From an uncultured Planctomycetia bacterium (GTDB taxonomy: Bacteria; Omnitrophota; Gorgyraeia; Tantalellales; Tantalellaceae), in contig CAZGOG010000002.1 in the NCBI GenBank assembly GCA_964527555.1, positions 41,698 through 105,697 on the forward strand: DNA of 64,000 nucleotides, written 5' to 3'. The notes below the pieces were generated by a model. The model was not told the DNA's origin. It did no database searches and saw only the letters and a program-made list of their open reading frames with translations. Within the stretch, counting starts at the first letter, position 1. Every line of letters begins with the position of its first letter. The translations under genes were made by a program, and so were the position numbers. Of the stretch, positions 59,252 to 64,000 are shown one piece after another.

Positions 59252-60313
59252 TTATTTCTGAAGTCTGGGCGCTACAGTCAGCCTCTTAAGGTATTTCAGC
59301 TCGCTTAATACCTTCCCCGTTCCCAGCGCCACAGCCGTTAAGGGATCATCCGCAAGATGAACAGGCAGGCCCGTCTCCTCGGAGACAAGTTTATCTAACC
59401 CTCTAAGAAGAGATCCGCCGCCGGCAAGTATAAGCCCTTTTTCTATGAGATCCGCGGAGAGCTCCGGAGGCGTCCTCTCCAGCGTTATCCTTACAGCTTC
59501 GATTATCTGGGCAATTGGCTCAGACAGAGCTTCACGGACTTCTTCGCTGGTTATGGTGATCATTTTGGGCAGTCCCGCGACAAGATCCCGGCCGCGCACT
59601 TCCATGGTGATCTCTTCCTCCATGGGATAACCGGACCCTATTCTTATCTTGATCTCCTCGGCGGTTCTTTCCCCTATCATAAGATTATATGTCCTTTTAA
59701 GGTAATTTATTATCGCCTCGTCCATCTCATCGCCGCCTATACGGATAGATTTTGAAAAAACGACGCCTGCTAAGGATATTACCGCCATCTCCGTGGTCCC
59801 GCCTCCTATATCTATCACCATGTTGCCCGAGGGTTCCTGTATGGGCAGGCCCACCCCGATGGAAGCTGCAACGGGTTCTTCCAGCATGTACACTTCTCTG
59901 GCTCCCGCATGAAGAGCGGAATCTTTAACGGCGCGTTTCTCGACTTCCGTGATACCCGAAGGAATGGCTATGACAACCCGCGGGCGGACCAGCCTGCGGG
60001 AATTGTGGACTTTCTTTATGAAGTACCTCAGCATACTTTCAGTTATATCGAAATCGGCGATGACACCGTCCCTCATGGGTCTGATGGCCACGATATTGCC
60101 GGGAGTCCTGCCGAGCATGCGTTTAGCTTCTTCTCCGACAGCCAATACGTTCGAAGTGCCGGCTTCGATCGCTACGACCGACGGCTCGCAAAGTACAATA
60201 CCCTCATTTTTTAAATATACAAGTGTGGAGGCAGTACCGAGGTCTATTCCCATATCGCTGGAGAATAAACCGAGGAAGTTATCGAAATATCTTGATAGTT
60301 TGTCGAATATCAT
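59252..60313 (-). CDS. mreB: Actin-like MreB
   Basis: [39 protein letters not shown]. Confidence 0.98.
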   Translation of the reverse strand: MIFDKLSRYFDNFLGLFSSDMGIDLGTASTLVYLKNEGIVLCEPSVVAIEAGTSNVLAVGEEAKRMLGRTPGNIVAIRPMRDGVIADFDITESMLRYFIKKVHNSRRLVRPRVVIAIPSGITEVEKRAVKDSALHAGAREVYMLEEPVAASIGVGLPIQEPSGNMVIDIGGGTTEMAVISLAGVVFSKSIRIGGDEMDEAIINYLKRTYNLMIGERTAEEIKIRIGSGYPMEEEITMEVRGRDLVAGLPKMITITSEEVREALSEPIAQIIEAVRITLERTPPELSADLIEKGLILAGGGSLLRGLDKLVSEETGLPVHLADDPLTAVALGTGKVLSELKYLKRLTVAPRLQK

Positions 60314-60391
60314 TTTTAGAGTGCGATTCCTTTTAGGTTAATAATATTATATAAACATTATAAAGAACACCCGACTTATTAAAACGTTAAG

Positions 60392-60420
60392 ATAGTAACA
60401 AATAATAATATCTTTGTCAA
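60392..60420 (-). promoter_or_regulatory. Putative sigma70 promoter of mreBCD
   Basis: TTGACA-N17-TACTAT with TGn extension. Confidence 0.65.
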
Positions 60421-60485
60421 TTTCTTTTTATGTTTTTATTGCAGGGGTATTTATAATTTTGAGTACGTACTAAAAACCTTAAAGA

Positions 60486-61781
60486 TTACCCGGTTGTCTT
60501 CTCGAGGTCCTCTAAAAAGTGCGGATACGAAGTGTCCGCGCAGGATGTATCCCTGATAACGCAGGGTTTCCTGAAAGCCAAGGCTGCTATAGCCATGCTC
60601 ATGGCAATGCGGTGATCCCCGAAACTATCCAGATCCTCATTCTTTATGCTCTTCGCGCCTCCCTGTATCAAGAGGGCGCCCCTCTCTTCTTTAGCGTCCA
60701 GGCCCATACGCGAAAAGTTGTCCAAGACGCTCCTCACCCTGTCAGTCTCCTTCACCTTCAGTTCCTTTATTCCGCTAATCACGGTAACGCCCTCGGCCAT
60801 GCTGGAGGCGACCGCCAGGATGGGGATCTCGTCTATTAATAAGGGCACCTCTTCTTCGCCGATAGTGGCAGCTTTTAGCTTTGAATATTTTACTTCCACA
60901 TCACCCGCAGGCTCGAGACCATCACGCTTATCGAGTATTACAATAGAGCCGCCCATCCTCTTAAGAACATCGATAATACCGGTTCTGGTAGGATTTAACC
61001 CGACATTGCGCACAACAAGATGAGAGCCTTCGGTGATAAGCGCCCCTACAATAAAGAAAGCAGCGCTCGATATATCAGAGGGTATCTCTATATCCCTCGG
61101 GATAAGCCTGCATCCTCCCTCTATCCGGGTCAGGAGCCCTTTTCTTTCGATCGGTGCGCCAAAATATTCCAGCATCCGTTCGGTGTGATCTCTTGACTGA
61201 AAAGGTTCGGTAAGGGAAGTGGTGCCCGATGCATAGAGTCCCGCCGCAAGAACGCATGACTTCACCTGAGCGCTTGCGACAGGAGAGATATAATCTATCG
61301 GGGAAAGGGGGCTCTTCCTTCCCTTTATCTCTAAAGGAGCGTGACCCGCCTCTATTCCCAGCGACTTTATCTCTGCTCCCATACGTAAAAGCGGCTCGAT
61401 TATCCTTCCCATCGGGCGGCGTGAAAGAGATTCATCCCCGGTCAAAACGCTGGTAAAACTCTGCCCTGAAAGTATCCCCGCTATTATACGCATGGTCGTG
61501 CCGGAATTTCCCAGATAAAGCTCGCCTTCGGGGCTCTTAAGGCCCTTTAGTCCCTTGCCATGCACCGTGACCGCATCGGTTGAAGCCGTTATCTCTACGC
61601 CCATGGCACGAAAAGCCTCCAGAGTCCTCATACAGTCCTCACCAAAAAGAAAATTGCGTATAGTGCACTTTCCGTTTGCTATCGAACTGAACATTATGGC
61701 TCTATGCGAAATACTTTTATCGGCGGGTACGGTAAGCTCTCCCTTTAAAGTGCCTTTGATTTTTTTTATGTTCCAGTCCAT
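60486..61781 (-). CDS. aroA: EPSP synthase
   Basis: DKSISHR, GNSGTT, SAQVKS, RDHTERML, KETDR, DHRIAM. Confidence 0.98.
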   Translation of the reverse strand: MDWNIKKIKGTLKGELTVPADKSISHRAIMFSSIANGKCTIRNFLFGEDCMRTLEAFRAMGVEITASTDAVTVHGKGLKGLKSPEGELYLGNSGTTMRIIAGILSGQSFTSVLTGDESLSRRPMGRIIEPLLRMGAEIKSLGIEAGHAPLEIKGRKSPLSPIDYISPVASAQVKSCVLAAGLYASGTTSLTEPFQSRDHTERMLEYFGAPIERKGLLTRIEGGCRLIPRDIEIPSDISSAAFFIVGALITEGSHLVVRNVGLNPTRTGIIDVLKRMGGSIVILDKRDGLEPAGDVEVKYSKLKAATIGEEEVPLLIDEIPILAVASSMAEGVTVISGIKELKVKETDRVRSVLDNFSRMGLDAKEERGALLIQGGAKSIKNEDLDSFGDHRIAMSMAIAALAFRKPCVIRDTSCADTSYPHFLEDLEKTTG

Positions 61782-61809
61782 CTCTTCCGGCTCCTTGAAT
61801 TATCTTTGA

Positions 61810-62721
61810 CTACGCTTTATCGATCCCGGCAATAAACAGTTTGATGTCCTCTGGCACCGGTGCATGAAACTCCACATACCTGCCCGTATCGGGATGGGTG
61901 AAGCCCAGCATCTCCGCATGAAGCGCCTGTCGGTCTATTCCGCTATTTTCCCCGCCGTACTTGGCGTCTCCGAGGACGGGATGCCCCAGGTGTTTCATGT
62001 GCACACGTATCTGATGAGTCCTGCCCGTCTCCAGATCCAGTCTCACCAGTGTGGCATTTTTGAACCGGCGCACTACATGATAAATCGTACGCGCGCCCTT
62101 GCCTTCCGCATAGTTGATATCTATCTTTTTTCTGTCTACTACGTGTCTGGCCAAAGGCGCTTCGATGACCCCGTTATCCATCTGAAGACGCCCTTTTACC
62201 AGAGCTGTATAACTTTTTTTTACGGCCCGCTTCTGAAACTGTTTCGCAAGTGACCGGAGTGCACGCGCGCGCTTGGCGACTACCATGACGCCTGAAGTAT
62301 CCTTATCGAGGCGGTGAACGATACCGGGCCTGAGTTCATTATCCGTCTGGGGCAGTTTTCCGCAATGGTGAAGAAGCGCAGCTACCAAAGTTCCCTTCCT
62401 GTTCCCGGCAGCGGGATGGACGACCATACCGGCCGGTTTATTCACGACGATGAGCCATTCATCCTCATAAATTATATCTAACGGGATATCTTCCGGTTCG
62501 ATATCACTGGCCTCAGCCGGAAGCATTTTAATCACGACTTTATCGTCAGGCGAAGCGATATAACTGGCTTTGACTCTTCCGCCGTTGACAAGGACAAGCC
62601 CGCTATCTATCAGCATCTTTACGCAGGTACGCGAATATCCCTCTCCCAGCTTAAGCGCCAGGTATTTATCGATGCGCCCGGCGGCATCTTCCGCACTTAC
62701 TGTAAACTGTCGCTCCTCCAC
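61810..62721 (-). CDS. rluD: RluA/RluD family 23S rRNA pseudouridine synthase
   Basis: S4 domain, NKPAGMVVHP, HRLDKDTSG, TGRTHQIRVH. Confidence 0.92.
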   Translation of the reverse strand: MEERQFTVSAEDAAGRIDKYLALKLGEGYSRTCVKMLIDSGLVLVNGGRVKASYIASPDDKVVIKMLPAEASDIEPEDIPLDIIYEDEWLIVVNKPAGMVVHPAAGNRKGTLVAALLHHCGKLPQTDNELRPGIVHRLDKDTSGVMVVAKRARALRSLAKQFQKRAVKKSYTALVKGRLQMDNGVIEAPLARHVVDRKKIDINYAEGKGARTIYHVVRRFKNATLVRLDLETGRTHQIRVHMKHLGHPVLGDAKYGGENSGIDRQALHAEMLGFTHPDTGRYVEFHAPVPEDIKLFIAGIDKA

Positions 62722-63470
62722 ATTTTCTCCGCTTTTCTGGAACGCACTTTCAATATAAAATACAGTACTGATGCTCCTGCGAACATGACCAGACTGATGA
62801 TCTGAGAAAGCTTCATGCCGAAAACAAACATGTAGATATCGCCCCTGGTAAAATCCATAAAAAACCTGAAGACGGAGTACAGGATCATGTAAGCGCAGAA
62901 AATATACCCGTCAAAAGGACGCTTCCCCCTCATCTCGATAAGAAGTACAAAAATGAGAAGAAGAATAAAGCTCGAATAGATCTGCGTCGGTATCCTCGTG
63001 ACAGGTTCATACGGGAACGTGACTAAAAGGCCGCTCTCAGCTACCCGTCCGTAACAGCAGCCGTTCAAGAAACACCCTATCCGGCCCAAAGACTGGGCTA
63101 AGGCTATGTACGGAGCCACAAGATCCGCGGCTTTTAAAAAAGGAATTTTTTTTGCGCGTGCCCATAAAATACCTGCGATCACCGCCATCACAAAAGCGCC
63201 CTGGTAAGCCAGTCCCCCCTCATAAAACATGAAAGCTCTAAGCGGGTATTCCAGATAATACCTGTAGTTGATGATCACGAATAAAAGCCTGCCGCCTACC
63301 AGGCCCCCTGCGAGTATCGCGATCATGCAGTCGAACATCTTCTCCGGAGCTATACCGAACTTTCTGGAGTCCTTAAGTATAAGTATAGTAGAAAGCAAAA
63401 AACCTATGGCCACAAAAAGACCATAGGAATAAATAGTGACCGGTCCCGCCTGAAAGATTATCCTGTGCAT
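62697..63470 (-). CDS. lgt: Prolipoprotein diacylglyceryl transferase
   Basis: SYGL, GGRL, GRIGCFLNGCCYG, PTQIY, RFFMDFTR. Confidence 0.95.
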   Translation of the reverse strand: MHRIIFQAGPVTIYSYGLFVAIGFLLSTILILKDSRKFGIAPEKMFDCMIAILAGGLVGGRLLFVIINYRYYLEYPLRAFMFYEGGLAYQGAFVMAVIAGILWARAKKIPFLKAADLVAPYIALAQSLGRIGCFLNGCCYGRVAESGLLVTFPYEPVTRIPTQIYSSFILLLIFVLLIEMRGKRPFDGYIFCAYMILYSVFRFFMDFTRGDIYMFVFGMKLSQIISLVMFAGASVLYFILKVRSRKAEKMWRSDSLQ

Positions 63471-63476
63471 TATCTC

Positions 63477-63926
63477 TTATCCTACCCTTTTGACCCTGGC
63501 TGCCCTGAGTATGGCCCACGCCAGCATAAACGCACCTATCGTGATGAAACTGTCGGCAAGATTAAAAACAGGCCATATCCTAAAATCCAAAAAGTCCACC
63601 ACGTATCCCAAACGCACTCTGTCGATAAGATTGCCTAAAGTACCCCCCATTATGAAACAAAGCGCGACTTTCTCTACAGCGTTTAATATCCGGTCTTTCT
63701 GCAACAAAAAATAATTTATGACAGCTATTGCAAAGATAGAGACTATGATGAATAAATAGCTGTGGCGTCCGAGCATCCCGAAAGCGGCGCCGGTGTTATG
63801 TACAAGCGTTAGATGAAAGATGTCCCTGATTATCGGAATACTGGAACCCTGAAGAATATAATTCTGGATGCAGAGTTTCGATACTTGATCCAGAAACAAT
63901 ATGAAAGCTGCGATAAAATAACACAA
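63477..63926 (-). CDS. lspA: Lipoprotein signal peptidase
   Basis: DQVSK, NTGAAFG, GNLIDR, VVDF, FNLAD. Start uncertain: TTG at 63926 just after the upstream stop, or GTG at 63965. Confidence 0.95.
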   Translation of the reverse strand: MCYFIAAFILFLDQVSKLCIQNYILQGSSIPIIRDIFHLTLVHNTGAAFGMLGRHSYLFIIVSIFAIAVINYFLLQKDRILNAVEKVALCFIMGGTLGNLIDRVRLGYVVDFLDFRIWPVFNLADSFITIGAFMLAWAILRAARVKRVG

Positions 63927-63928
63927 TG

Positions 63929-64000
63929 TTATCTGCCTGCGGATTTTTCCTCTTCCTCCTGGCACGGTATACAGCGCGTTGCCTGCGGCATAACCTTTAG
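63929..64000 (-). CDS. C-terminus of a DksA/TraR C4 zinc-finger protein (runs off window end)
   Basis: Manual translation LKVMPQATRCIPCQEEEEKSAGR*; matches the RL..P.A..C..C end of DksA/TraR, a common lspA neighbour. Confidence 0.75.
   Translation of the reverse strand, partial: LKVMPQATRCIPCQEEEEKSAGR

Noticed and set aside
347-63714. Numerous plus-strand ORFs in the ORF track
   Set aside because: They are antisense shadows of well-supported minus-strand genes and carry no recognisable motifs.

Overview
Gene-dense bacterial chromosome segment in which every credible gene lies on the minus strand. Gene content and order suggest PVC superphylum, probably Ca. Omnitrophota (inference, not verified). 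The core is housekeeping: rnhB(partial)-rplS-trmD-rpsP-murA-prmC-prfA-rpmE-rho-coaE-polA, tsaD, ctpA, gatCAB, rsmA-pdxA-surA-ppiC-mfd-argS, rsfS-nadD-proAB-obgE-rpmA-rplU, rng, mreBCD-mrdA-rodA and aroA-rluD-lgt-lspA-dksA(partial). Two type IV pilus blocks interrupt it: a ~16 kb machinery block (degenerate GGDEF sensor, pilT, stand-alone MshEN protein, two pilB, pilC, two pilins, a TPR glycosyltransferase, pilMNOPQ) and a minor-pilin block with a 761-aa pilin. The most striking unannotated signal is a 117-118 nt palindromic element in four copies. Each copy sits directly 3' of TTTRC with no target duplication and ends in TTCAC, the architecture of a non-autonomous IS200/IS605 element, possibly with a TnpB omega-RNA core. 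Removing each copy in silico restores a clean empty site. One copy rewrote the PdxA C-terminus, one sits in-frame in the PilQ signal peptide after a private 1-nt loss, and one appears to convert a leaderless gene into an SD-led one. Also notable: a bactofilin-HTH plus HTH-TM gene pair, a shared motif upstream of pilin genes, truncated Mfd and PrmC, and a missed 47-aa zinc-finger gene. No rRNA, tRNA or CRISPR array was seen.
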